Positions 11,146-22,200 of a DNA stretch of 64,000 nucleotides are shown here, one piece after another. Each line of letters begins with the position of its first letter. Within the stretch, counting starts at the first letter, position 1. The notes beneath the pieces were generated by a model, which was not told the DNA's origin, made no database searches, and saw only the letters and a list, made by a program, of their open reading frames with translations. Source of the DNA: Schmidtea polychroa (lineage: Eukaryota); NCBI GenBank assembly GCA_044892525.1, contig CM097887.1, positions 107,362,397-107,426,396 of the forward strand, written 5' to 3'. A program made the translations under genes and the position numbers.

Positions 11146-11898
11146 TTAATGGTTCTGATTTGGATTATTTTCGCCGATTCTCATCAAGGTGGACTCTGCT
11201 TTAATTACCCTGTGTCTTAACTCGGGCAGCATTTCCAATTGTCGGTCTTTTTCACGGGCTTCTCTCTTTAGATGTCTAATTTCTTTTTCCAAGCGTCTAA
11301 TTTCTTCCCTTTTCTTTTCAAGGTTTCTTTTTAGCTCGATTTGTAGGAGATCTTGTTCGTTTTCTTGCAGATAATTTTGTTGTTGATGTTTTCTTTCTAT
11401 TTCTCTATATTTGCGGACCCACTTCCTCATTTCTTTACTTTCCCGTTGGTTTTCTTCTAGTTGTCGTTTTAATTTATTTATAGCTGTTTGGCGCTCCTTC
11501 GCCTCAGTTTTCCAGTAGTCTTGGATTACCTCCTTTGCTTTGAAGCTTGCCCTCTCTTTCCATAGTTCTTCCGCTATCTTTTCCCAGTTTTTCCCTCGCT
11601 TCCTTTGTTCGTGTAGCCATTCATTTTCCTCTTCCGTTTCTCTTTTTATTTCCCCCAACGCTTCGCACTCTTTCTTTAACACCTTTATCATTTTCCGGTC
11701 CTCTAGGTATTTGTTTATTAATCTCCCGTTTTCGTATTTCTCTTCCCGTAACTCGGCCTTTAGCGTTTGTGTTTCTGTTGTTTCTGCCTCAATCTCTCCC
11801 TCTTCTACGTCGCTCATAATTTCTATCATTTCCTCGATTTTCATATCTATAATATGTACAGTTAATGGTGCGCTATAGTGCGACTTATACGTATACAT
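11146..11898 (-). CDS. Accessory coiled-coil protein (250 aa; likely start Met19 at 11844)
   Basis: Intact ORF, E/K/R-rich heptad-like composition, same orientation as the element. Confidence 0.75.
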   Translation of the reverse strand: MYTYKSHYSAPLTVHIIDMKIEEMIEIMSDVEEGEIEAETTETQTLKAELREEKYENGRLINKYLEDRKMIKVLKKECEALGEIKRETEEENEWLHEQRKRGKNWEKIAEELWKERASFKAKEVIQDYWKTEAKERQTAINKLKRQLEENQRESKEMRKWVRKYREIERKHQQQNYLQENEQDLLQIELKRNLEKKREEIRRLEKEIRHLKREAREKDRQLEMLPELRHRVIKAESTLMRIGENNPNQNH

Positions 11899-12015
11899 TG
11901 ATATAAAATTTAATAGTTTGGGTTACAGTCCCTTGAATACTTTTACAATACTTTAATTTTTTTTTTGTTTGGGATATACGTCCCGGTTTTTAGTTTTTCA
12001 TCTTTTCATCCACCC

Positions 12016-13125
12016 TTATACGAAGGTTTCCTCCTGGCCTACATAACCTTCATCACTATCGACCGCGGAATGTAACTGTATCGCAATAGGGTCGTATGGT
12101 AGGTAATATTGGGGAATTTGAGCTCTCAATTCATTAATTTCGTCTCTTAGAGCTCGAGTGATGTTCAATTCCTCGTCGAGCAGATAGGTGAGATACCTTG
12201 TCTCTTCGTCTTTCGCCTCTATCTGTTTGTCTAGGGCCTTGATTTTCTCGTCGCCCTTCCATTTTTCAATTTCTATTTCTAAGTTTTTAATATTTTCGGT
12301 GTACATTTTCCTTTCGTTTTCTAATTTTCTGTTTTTTCCCGCTAGGACCATGTTTCTTTGTTCCAGCGATCCTTGTAATCCATTAAGGTCTCTTTTCATC
12401 TCTTCTACCTGATTTACTAATTCCACAACCCGTCCCGCTTGTTGGGTTATCATCTCTTCCATTGCGGCATTCTCGTGCTCTCTTATGTCGCACTTCATTG
12501 CCAAATGTCGCTCAAACTCCATAGCCTTTGTTTGCCAGGTTTGGCTTCGGGCGGCGACCTTTCTCAACCTTTTCAATTCTTCCTTTATTATTAAATTCTC
12601 CTCCCATTTACCTTGTTCGCTTTCATATCCGAGTCTCATGGGCAATTCTTTCATCTCTTTTTTCATTTCTCTGTTTTGTCTTTTCCATTTTCTCGCTTCT
12701 GCCACTAAGTGCATCATTTTCCTGTCTTCTATTTGTTTTTCCGCTTCGCGCTTGGTGTTCTCATCGGTAAGTCTTTTTCTCGCTTCCTGCACTAGCTGCT
12801 TTAAGTAGTGGCTGTGTGCTTCTTGGCGGGTATTTTCTAGTGACGCCCATTTTGATGCTCTTTTGCATGCTTCTGCTTCCGCTCTTAAGTTGTGTATTAA
12901 CCATTGGTATTGACTATTCTCATCTTCTCTAGTTTCTTCGATGTGATTTCGGGTGAGATTAGTTAGTTGGAACATTACTTTGTTCCATTTTTTATTATGT
13001 TCTCGGGGAATTTGTGTCTTGTTGACATTGGTTGGGGCTATCGCAGTTTCGGTTATTTTCTCTTGTGTCATCTCTAAATCATAGACATCGATTAATCTTT
13101 TTATTATGAAAAGGAATTTATTCAT
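12016..13125 (-). CDS. Accessory coiled-coil protein (369 aa; likely start Met19 at 13071)
   Basis: Intact ORF with long E/K/R/Q-rich helical stretches. Confidence 0.78.
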   Translation of the reverse strand: MNKFLFIIKRLIDVYDLEMTQEKITETAIAPTNVNKTQIPREHNKKWNKVMFQLTNLTRNHIEETREDENSQYQWLIHNLRAEAEACKRASKWASLENTRQEAHSHYLKQLVQEARKRLTDENTKREAEKQIEDRKMMHLVAEARKWKRQNREMKKEMKELPMRLGYESEQGKWEENLIIKEELKRLRKVAARSQTWQTKAMEFERHLAMKCDIREHENAAMEEMITQQAGRVVELVNQVEEMKRDLNGLQGSLEQRNMVLAGKNRKLENERKMYTENIKNLEIEIEKWKGDEKIKALDKQIEAKDEETRYLTYLLDEELNITRALRDEINELRAQIPQYYLPYDPIAIQLHSAVDSDEGYVGQEETFV

Positions 13126-13263
13126 TATTTACTGTTTCTTGGGAAATTTTCGCATCATTTTTGGGTTTTCGTATTTAGGGTTTTCATACTATTATTATAT
13201 AATATTTTATTGGTTATATACACCGATATATACAGATTATTATATACAACATTATTCGATTGG

Positions 13264-14652
13264 TTATTCCGTTCTACCCTTCTCCTCTTTCCTCACGGTC
13301 ATCTTGATATATATGGTATCATTTCTCGCCATATCTTCTACTCTTTGTTGTGAGATGAACGTAGGTGCTCCTGTTGCTGATCCTTCTTCGTTGAGGGGCC
13401 TCTGGTAAGCTATTTGATTCCCCGTTGTTTTGAAGCTTTGCTCATGTATACTTTGGTTGTTCATCAGAGTAATATCGATTTTTGCCTGGAACGGCCATTC
13501 TAATATTTCGTCGTATTCTCCTTTACATAACAGAAAGAAAATCGAAAAGTGCGTGTTTAATCCGGTTCCGTCCCCGTTGGGATATATCTTCATTTTCATT
13601 TTGTACCCATTTTTCCAAGAGTGGAATGTAGGACTTGTTATTCTTGTCTCTTCTCCGGTTTTTGCTTTTCGTATTCTTTCTTTTACTCCCGTTATTTTCC
13701 ATATGTAGGGTGCTGTTGGGGTTATCTCATTTAGATTTATTTCCCGTATTTTCTGATGTAGCTCCTTGGCCTGATTATTACTGATTTCTGTTCGGTTTAT
13801 TTGCATCTTTATGTTTGCTCGGGCTTCTTCGAACGCTTTCCTTTCTTCTAGTAGTTCTTTGACTAACACTTTCAACGATGTTATCTCTATCTCCATTTGT
13901 TTTACTTTCTCTTCGCTTTCTTGTAACGCAGTCGACCACATTTCTGCGTGAGTTGAAGCATTTTCTACTAAATGATGTGGTAACTCACCTCGGTGTAGTA
14001 ATTTCTGACAACCCCATCTACCTAGTACACATGTCATTCTTTTCTTTTCGCATTCCCTTAGATGCTGTGCCACCTTCATTATTTCCCCTTGGTTACATCC
14101 GTTTGGGCATTCCCCACTGAACTCCGCACATACTCTCTCCTCTTGGACATTGTGATGTTTGAGGGTGAGATTTATCCACGTATCTATTTCTCCACAGTGT
14201 TCACATCTTTCTAATCTCTCTTCACACTGCTTTTGATGTTCTTTTTCTTCGCTTGCTCGAATGGTTTTATGGCACCTTTCACACTGGCCAATTCTGTACA
14301 TACATTCTCCCATATGTTGTACTACCTTCCATATTACTCCTTTCCATTCGCATGGGGCATTTTTGCATCCCAGGTTGGTGTTTAACATGTCTTTCACTGC
14401 GGCTTTATCCTCGTTAGTGTCTTCTAAACTCGATATTAGTGTCTCTTTACACACCGGGCACCTCTGTGGTCTATTTTTTATTGCTTCACTGATACATTCT
14501 TTACATACTCTGCATCCACATTGCGTTTGGTGAGGTTCCTTTAACAACCCTTCACATATTCCGCACATAACATGTTTGTGTATTCTGATCGTTGTAGATT
14601 TTCGGACTTGCTCGACAATCTCCCTGAACTCTTCTCTTTGTCGTTTATCCAT
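13264..14652 (-). CDS. Full-length intronless TRAF (RING, TRAF zinc fingers, coiled coil, MATH/TRAF-C)
   Basis: RING CGICEGLLKEPHQTQCGCRVCKEC...CPVC; repeated CxxGC/HxxxC fingers; MATH core GYKMKMKIYPNGDGTGLNTHFSIFFLLCKGEYDEILEWPF resembling TRAF2/3/5. Confidence 0.95.
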   Translation of the reverse strand: MDKRQREEFREIVEQVRKSTTIRIHKHVMCGICEGLLKEPHQTQCGCRVCKECISEAIKNRPQRCPVCKETLISSLEDTNEDKAAVKDMLNTNLGCKNAPCEWKGVIWKVVQHMGECMYRIGQCERCHKTIRASEEKEHQKQCEERLERCEHCGEIDTWINLTLKHHNVQEERVCAEFSGECPNGCNQGEIMKVAQHLRECEKKRMTCVLGRWGCQKLLHRGELPHHLVENASTHAEMWSTALQESEEKVKQMEIEITSLKVLVKELLEERKAFEEARANIKMQINRTEISNNQAKELHQKIREINLNEITPTAPYIWKITGVKERIRKAKTGEETRITSPTFHSWKNGYKMKMKIYPNGDGTGLNTHFSIFFLLCKGEYDEILEWPFQAKIDITLMNNQSIHEQSFKTTGNQIAYQRPLNEEGSATGAPTFISQQRVEDMARNDTIYIKMTVRKEEKGRTE

Positions 14653-14737
14653 TCTATAATTATATGTACAAATAGTTCTTATCGATACAGGTTCGATATT
14701 TTATTTACAATTATTTACATTTTAAGCTAGGTTTGGT

Positions 14738-15097
14738 TTAGGGTTCGGAAGAGTCGGCTTCGTGTCCGCTCTCCTCTCTATTCATTAGCCATTCCGACCA
14801 GTCTTCTATTTCTGTCTGTTCTGCTTCCTCCCTCATTCGGTCTATTTCAATTTCCTGTCGACGGCTATATTGGGTTATCCTCTCTATCTCTCTTTGCATT
14901 TGTTCGATTTTTAACCTCTGGTCTTCAATTATCTTCAAATAACTAAATCCTCTGTTCATACTCTCGATCAGGTTTCTGTGCATCGTCAGTCCTTGTTCTT
15001 GCAAATTGGACACTAATTGTGCTAATACGGCACATTGTTGCTTCCATAATTCTTCAGTTACTGTATTGTGGTTCATTTCGTTATTTCCTTGATCCAT
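14738..15097 (-). CDS. Accessory short coiled-coil protein (119 aa from ATG at 15097)
   Basis: The ORF track starts at a TTG (15121); the first ATG is MDQGNNEM. Q/E/R-rich helical sequence with acidic C-terminus. Confidence 0.7.
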   Translation of the reverse strand: MDQGNNEMNHNTVTEELWKQQCAVLAQLVSNLQEQGLTMHRNLIESMNRGFSYLKIIEDQRLKIEQMQREIERITQYSRRQEIEIDRMREEAEQTEIEDWSEWLMNREESGHEADSSEP

Positions 15098-15257
15098 TCC
15101 TAATTTATATACACTTTTCAACTCTTATGTAAATTTAATTTTATTTTATGATTCCCGTTATTGTATAATATTGATACCGCGCTTATATAAAGATATAGTA
15201 CTGTTATATACATAAGATATACTTACTTTTTACAATTATATACAGTCATATTCCTTT

Positions 15258-16260
15258 CTATATACGTGAGTTTGGAGGGCGCTGAGCGTTCCAGGCCTCC
15301 ACCCACTGTTCTTGTTTGATATCACTTGGTCGTTTCACTCGATGTTGGAAATTTCTGATTCGAGTCATCTCTAGTTCTCCGCGATGTCGTTTATCCTTAA
15401 TTATTTTTATTGTTCCCCCCGTTATGATTAGGAATGCCCCTGTTATTATTATCCCACTGATCCACATCATCTGCTTCACGCTTATACTCTCTGGTTTTTC
15501 CTTGTTGGTTAATGTTGATATCGCTTCTGTACTTCTCTCGTTTCCTCTTTTGCCATTTCCTTTCATCATTTCCCGTATTCTTGCTATTTCCTCGTTCATA
15601 CCCTCCTTTGCCATCTTTTGTATTTTTTCCATCTCTTCCTCCGAAACATAGTTGTCCTGAGCTTCCTCACCAGTTTTCTTGTGCTTTCCTCCTTCGTTCT
15701 TTTCGTCGTGGTTTTTTCTTTTCCTTCCTCTTTTCCCCGGGTATCGTCGGCATTCTCTTTTTGATTCATTCCTCCAGATACAAACCGTGTATTCTTTCGG
15801 CGGCTGCTGCTGCGTCACATATTGATGGCATCTCTCACCTGGTCCTAATCTTGAAATACAGACTTTGTGCTCTTTTCTAGGTTGGATCTGCGTTATTACT
15901 ACTTCACCACCTTTTCCTAGGTGTACCTCTTTTCCTTTGACGTTCGTTATTCTCTTCCCGTCTCGATTTCGGTATGCTTCTTGTATTCTTACTTCTGTTA
16001 TTGGTTCTGTGTCCTCATTTATCAGTACTAATTTCTGATACGCTCTAGACATGCATCTTCCTAGTATGCACTTTTCCTTTAAGTCCCATTCTTCCTTTAA
16101 ATCCCACTGCTGCTCTTGTGCTTGCTTTCTCTTTTCTTGTTTTAGTTCGTCCTCTTTGCTATCTTGATTCTCCGCTTCTTTGGTTTCTTTTATCGTTCTC
16201 GTCCCTCCCTGAGCTGTTACTAACTCTATCATGGTAAGCATAATTATCATTAATATCATA
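15258..16260 (-). other. Polyprotein C-terminal type I membrane protein module
   Basis: Signal-like MILMIIMLTMIELVTA-Q (about 16205-16260), Cys-containing beta-rich ectodomain, TM MMWISGIIITGAFLIITGGTIKII (about 15403-15475), basic tail. Confidence 0.65.
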
Positions 16261-19200
16261 TTTGTCTCTATTTCTTTGTTAGTGAAAGGTAGGCATACCC
16301 TCTGTTTTCCGTTATTCGATTTTTCCTCCTCTTTGGTCTTGGTTCTCGGGCTGTTTCCCTCTCTTTTCGTATCCGAATCCTTGTTTTCTGGTTTACCCTC
16401 CTCCGGTTCTCTTTTCTCTTTATCCTCCTTTCGGCCTTTTCCGTTATTGTCATCGTGTTTATCTCCCTCGCTGTCATTTAAAATGTCGTCCTCGACATTT
16501 ATATCGTTCAATAATCTGCGATATGCTGTTAGCACTCTGTTTCTTGCTAATTTTGCTTCGAATTCAAACTCTTTTCTACCCGTTGCAGCATGTCTCTTTC
16601 TATTCCATTCTTTAACTAACTCTCTCAATTGCATACGACGATGTTTCCCAATTCGTTGTTGTTCGTTCTGATTTTGCGTGAATTTTAGGTCTTCTCTATT
16701 TAATACTACTAAAATAATTTTCGGCGTCCCCCCCTTAGTTAGGGTATTCTTTACCATCGCATTTTCTCCGTTTTCGTAGAATTCGTTTACATTTATCGCA
16801 TATTTATTATTTGGTGGTACTCTCCAGGTTAATAATAATTTCATTGCTTCTAGATTTTTCCGTACCGCATTCCATTGAAACTGAGATGTGTTTTTGCACA
16901 TATTTTCGACTTCTTCTTTTGTCGCATTTTTGCAAATAAATCTGATCATTTCTAAGTTTGGCTGTATGGTTGCCCAGTCCAAGGTGGAATTTCCTTCATT
17001 GGACTTTTCGTCTAGTTTCGATCCTGATTGATGTAGGATGTGGAGTGTTTTTGGGTGTATTTTCGTTATAGCTGCATACATCATGGCGGTTTCACCTTGT
17101 TCATTTTTCGTGTTGGTTTCCTCGCCCATCTCTCCAAGGATTCTCACGATCGTTATTGCTCTATTTTCTTTCGCTGCTAGTATTGCTTGTTGTAGGGGTG
17201 TTCTGGAATCCTTCGTTACCATCGTAAATGCTCGAGGCAAGAAGGTTTTGATTTTCCCGATATCTAAACCCGTGGTTTGATCTCTTGCGTATGTGTGTAC
17301 GGCCTTTATTATTTTTGACAATATTATTTCGTCTGGCAGCTCTAGCATTTCCTCAAAGAACACTTCTTTTGCCTTGCGTATTATTGCCTCTTGATCTATA
17401 CTCATTGATTTGGTTTCGATGACGTTGTTTGTGACCGTTTGGTTCGTTGTTGACTTTGATTCCCTGGATTTCTCATACCTTATTTTCGTTTTCTTTCCGT
17501 TTGGATTATTGATTCGTTCCTCTGCTGTAAGTATTTGGATAATATCCAGGTAATTCTCGCGGATGTTATTCATTGTGTCCATCATATATAACACACTTAC
17601 CGTTTCCCAATATTTATTCCGTACTTGGTTAGTAAATTGGAATAGGGATTTTTCGAATGTGTCGATTCGCTTTTTTGCTAACTGTTCGTCTTTATGATTT
17701 GTGAATTTTATCCCTCGTTCTAGTAATTGATTCGGGATTTCGAATAACTGATGTCCTTTCATAGCTTCTCTCATCAGCGTGTTCTCTCCTCTCGTGAACG
17801 CTTCGTTTACGTTGATCATATAATCGTTTCGAATTGGATCTCTCCATGTGATTAATATTCCGGTAATTGTCGTCAGTTTTTCTTTGATCGCCGTTAACAA
17901 TCCATCATACATGTTTCCGACTTCCCGATTGTCCTCATATGATAGTAGTTCCATCAATGACGTGAACGCCTCGGTACTTCTCCCTTCGATAGCATGATGT
18001 AGAGCGTTTTTCCGCTCGTGGTCTTGTGTAGTTATTTTCGATCCGGTATCGAGTAATGCGGTTATAATGTCTTTGGTTTTGCCTCTGTTTGCGGCTATCA
18101 TTAATGGTGTGTAACCTTGGTTGTTTGTTTGTTCTGTTGATCGCTTGCAGTCGTGAAATGCTTCTATTGTTTCTAGTATTTGCTCGTTGTTACCTACTTT
18201 CATGAGTTTGTGTAATGGTGTGTCTCCGTAATGATCTGTTATTGTAAATAATATTGGCCATTGGCTTTTGACTACTCGCAATAATGGGTGTGTCCTTTCT
18301 CTATTTGCATAGTTCTCGATCATCGTCAATAATCCTCCTAATATTTCGAAATCTAATCGATCTTTTGCCCATCCAGGTATTCTAATTTTTACCTCTTTTA
18401 CAATCTTTTCCGCTTCTGATGGTTGGATACCTAATCGTCCAGTGATCGGTTCCGCGAGTTGTTGCATCATGTTCATTCGGTAGGTTTGCGAACGTGTGGT
18501 TAATGTACGGCCTTCTGGTTGACTAGTAGCTGTTTTTGGAATTGATTTGCATCGTGCCACGTTTACGTATATTGGTCTGGTAAAGGGGTTATTTACCAAT
18601 TTCACTCTTACATTAGTTTCGCCTACGAATAAGATCTCATATGGTCCTTTTCCGTTGCGTTGTAACTTTTTTGTGGTTCCTGGAATTAATTCCGGGGTTT
18701 CTATCATTACCCAATCACCTGTTTGGAACGTATGTTGCTTCACGTTTTTCTTTCGATCGTGTAAATCTTTATAACTTTCCTGGTAGAACTTGATATTTAA
18801 TCCCGCAGTTTCCCAAATTTCTTGCATTCTTTCCTTGAATTTCGTAACATAATCATCGATCTCCATATACTGCGATATCGGTGGTTGGTATTCCAGGTCC
18901 ATTGGCATGTTACATTCTCTTCCGTACATTAATTTGAATGGGCTCATTTTCGTTGATGCGTGAATCGACATTCTGTACGCCATAAGACATAGGTTTATAT
19001 ATTCGTCCCAATCTCGTTGGTGACGGTCAACGTAGTTTGATAACATTTGTATAAGTGTTCCATTAAATCTTTCCGTCATCCCATTGGTTTGAGGGTGGTA
19101 TGGAGATGTTCTTAGTTTTGCTATTTTGAAGTAATTTGTTACTTCGCTCATTATCTCACTCATAAAATTAGTTCCCTGATCGGTTAAGATTTGTTTTGGT

Positions 19201-22200
19201 GTTCCATATCGGCAACATATCTCTTCTACCAAAATTTTTGCGATTGTTTTAGCTTTTTGGTCTGGCATCGCGAATGCTTCTGGAAATTTCGTAAGAAAGT
19301 CTGTGATCACCAGAATGTAAACGTTTCCTTTATCTGACTCTGGTAGTGGACCAACTACGTCCATGGATATCATTGTCATTGGTTCTATTGGTACTGGCAT
19401 TGGCGTTAAAGGTGCTTTCCATTTCGATCCAGTATTCTTCCTGGTTGCACAAGTTAGACAATTTTTTACCCATTCGGTTACATCTTCAGTTAACGTAGGC
19501 CAAAAATATTTCTGTTTCATTCTTGCTAACGTCTTTTTCGATGACATATGTCCTCCCAATCTCCCATCGTGATATTGCGTTAGTAACTCTTTTCGTCGGT
19601 TTTCCGGTATACACATTAATCGTTTTTCCCCATCCATTATCAGCAACCAATCTTTCTCTATAATATATCGGTGTCGGTGTTTATCCATATGTTCTTTTAA
19701 TTTTTGGTCTTTCGCATATACCTCTGTCTTTCCGGTTTTTACATAATCGATAATTTGTTTTAATTCCGCGTCCTCTTGTTGGTCCTTTCGTAATTGACAG
19801 AAATCCAAATCTTCCGCTACTATTAAGCATATGCGTTGCATTTCGGAATCCACCAAATCTGGGAAAATAAATCTTGACATACAATCGGCGTTGGCATTTG
19901 CTCTTCCCGCTTTGAATTTTATAAATGGGGAGTATTCTTGCAATTGCATGGCCCATCGCATCAGTCTACTGGACGCTTCTTTATGTTGCCCTAACCACAC
20001 TAATGGTTGATGATCCGTGGTTATGCATATCTCATGTCCCCATAGTAAATATCGGAAGTGTTTGATAGCTTGTATTATAGCCAATGCTTCTCGTTCTGTT
20101 ACCGAATAGTTCTTTTCGTGCTTTTTGAATGTTCGACTGTAATACCCGATTACTCTCTCTTTTCCCTCATCGTCTAATTGTCCCAGAATCGCGCCTGCCG
20201 CGTACCCGCTTGCATCCGTTGCCAATAGAAATGGCTTCTTAAAATCTGGGTGTACGAGGATAGGTGCTTCGATTAGTTTATCTCTCAGCGTTTCGAACGC
20301 CTGTTGTTGTTCTTTTTCCCAAATGAACGAAATATCCTTCTTTACTAATTCCTGGATTGGTTTTGCAATTCCTGCATAATTTTTGATAAATTTGCGATAG
20401 TATCCGCATAATCCTAGAAATTCCTGCACTTGGGTGACCGTTTTCGGTGCGGGACATGTTTTTATTTTCTCAATGTTTCTTGGATCTGGCTCCTTTCCTT
20501 TAGCTGACACTATGTGTCCTAAAAACGTGACTTTTTCCTTTGCCCAATCGCATTTTGATGGTTTGAGTTTGAGTTTCCACTGTCTTAATCTAATAAATAC
20601 GTTTCGGATATCTTCCAGATGTTGTTCAAATGTCGCTGAATAGATTAGTAAATCATCAATATATACCATACATTGTTTGATTCCATGGGTGACAAAGTTC
20701 ATACACCGTTGAAATGATGCTGGTGCGTTGGTCAGTCCAAATGGCATTTTTCTGAATTGATATAGATCTCGTCCCAACGTGAAAGCTGTTTTCTCTTTGT
20801 CCTCATCTTTGACTTTAATCTGCCAGTATCCACTTTTTAGATCTAGAGAAGTAAAATATGCTGCCCCTTGCAACATCAATAACATCTCATTGATGTCCGG
20901 CAATGGATAGGTATCTCTCTTGGTCACTGCGTTTAACTTCCGATAATCGATACAGAATCGTTGGGTGCCATCTTTCTTTTTTACCATGACCACTGGGAAT
21001 TGCCAGGGTGAGCAACTTGGTTCGATTACTTTTGCGTCTAGCATCTTTTGTACTTCTGCTTCGGCTATTTCTTTTTGCATTTCTGCTAGCTTGTATGGTC
21101 TTAATGCAATTGGAGTTTCATCTATGAGGGGTATTGCATGTAGGGTAACATCGCATGTACCCAAGTCTAAGTCTGAGATGGCGAATATATCTTTATATTC
21201 TACCAACAATCGGTGTAATTTTTTCTTTTCATCATTCGTCAACAACATACTATCTATTGTCCATAATTCATCATCTTTGATCATCTCGTTGGTCACTTTC
21301 GGTAATTCTATGTCCATCATTGGGGTCAATCTTCCCAATTTTTCGTTCTCATAAATGATTTTGTCTTCCTCTTCGAAATTCGTGATGTTGAGCGGTATCA
21401 CTCCTTCTTGGTTTATTGTGATTATTTCTCTTGCGAGTGGTAATTCTCGTCGCTTTTCGAATGACTTGCTTGGTTCAAAGATAACTTCTCCTTCCATACC
21501 CGTATCCACTTTTATCTGACAAATCATCTGTGATTTTGCTGGTACTATTATTTTTTCTGGACATCTGATGACTGCATTCATTTTGCATATTCTACCGGTT
21601 TTGTCTTTTAAACACATAGTTGTTAAGTCTATTACGACTTCTTTTAATAATTCTGGCATCAGGTCCGTTCCGATTATGCATGGTACGCTAAGTTTTGGTA
21701 TTACTGCCAAATACGTTTCAATTTCGTTGTCCTGGTATCTCAATGTAGTCCACCATCTTCCGACCACGTCCACTGTTTCTTTACTACATGCTATGATGTG
21801 AATTGTTGTTGATTCGATATCCTTCCAGTGTTTACTGGGGATTTGATTAATCGCTATCGCTGATACATTAGCTCCGGTGTCTATCATAGCATTGGTTTCT
21901 TTACCATTGATTTGAATCATAACTGTTACTGCTGGACCTCCAGGTAAACTCATCGCTGCTATTGTTCTTACGTCATCTGCTTGATCTACACTTTTGGTAC
22001 GTCGTGTTGGCATATAATGCATACCGGGTTGACTCGGTAATTGCGGATACATATTTTGTGTCATGGTCAAAGCTGTTTGTGGTCCCACGATATCCGGTGG
22101 TATATAGCTTCCATTGGCGATCCAGGTGTTTGTCTTTTCCTTTTCCCAATATGGTGCCGTTTCCATTGGTTTTTCGTTTGGGTTTCTGTTTGGATAAAGA

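Noticed and set aside
12030-12062. DSDEGY as a beta-TrCP-like degron at the end of the 369-aa ORF
   Set aside because: Does not fit DSGxxS or DEGxxS; no supporting context.
13700-13725. PTAP late-domain motif in the TRAF ORF
   Set aside because: Lies at the coiled-coil/MATH boundary of a non-structural protein; a four-residue match is likely chance.
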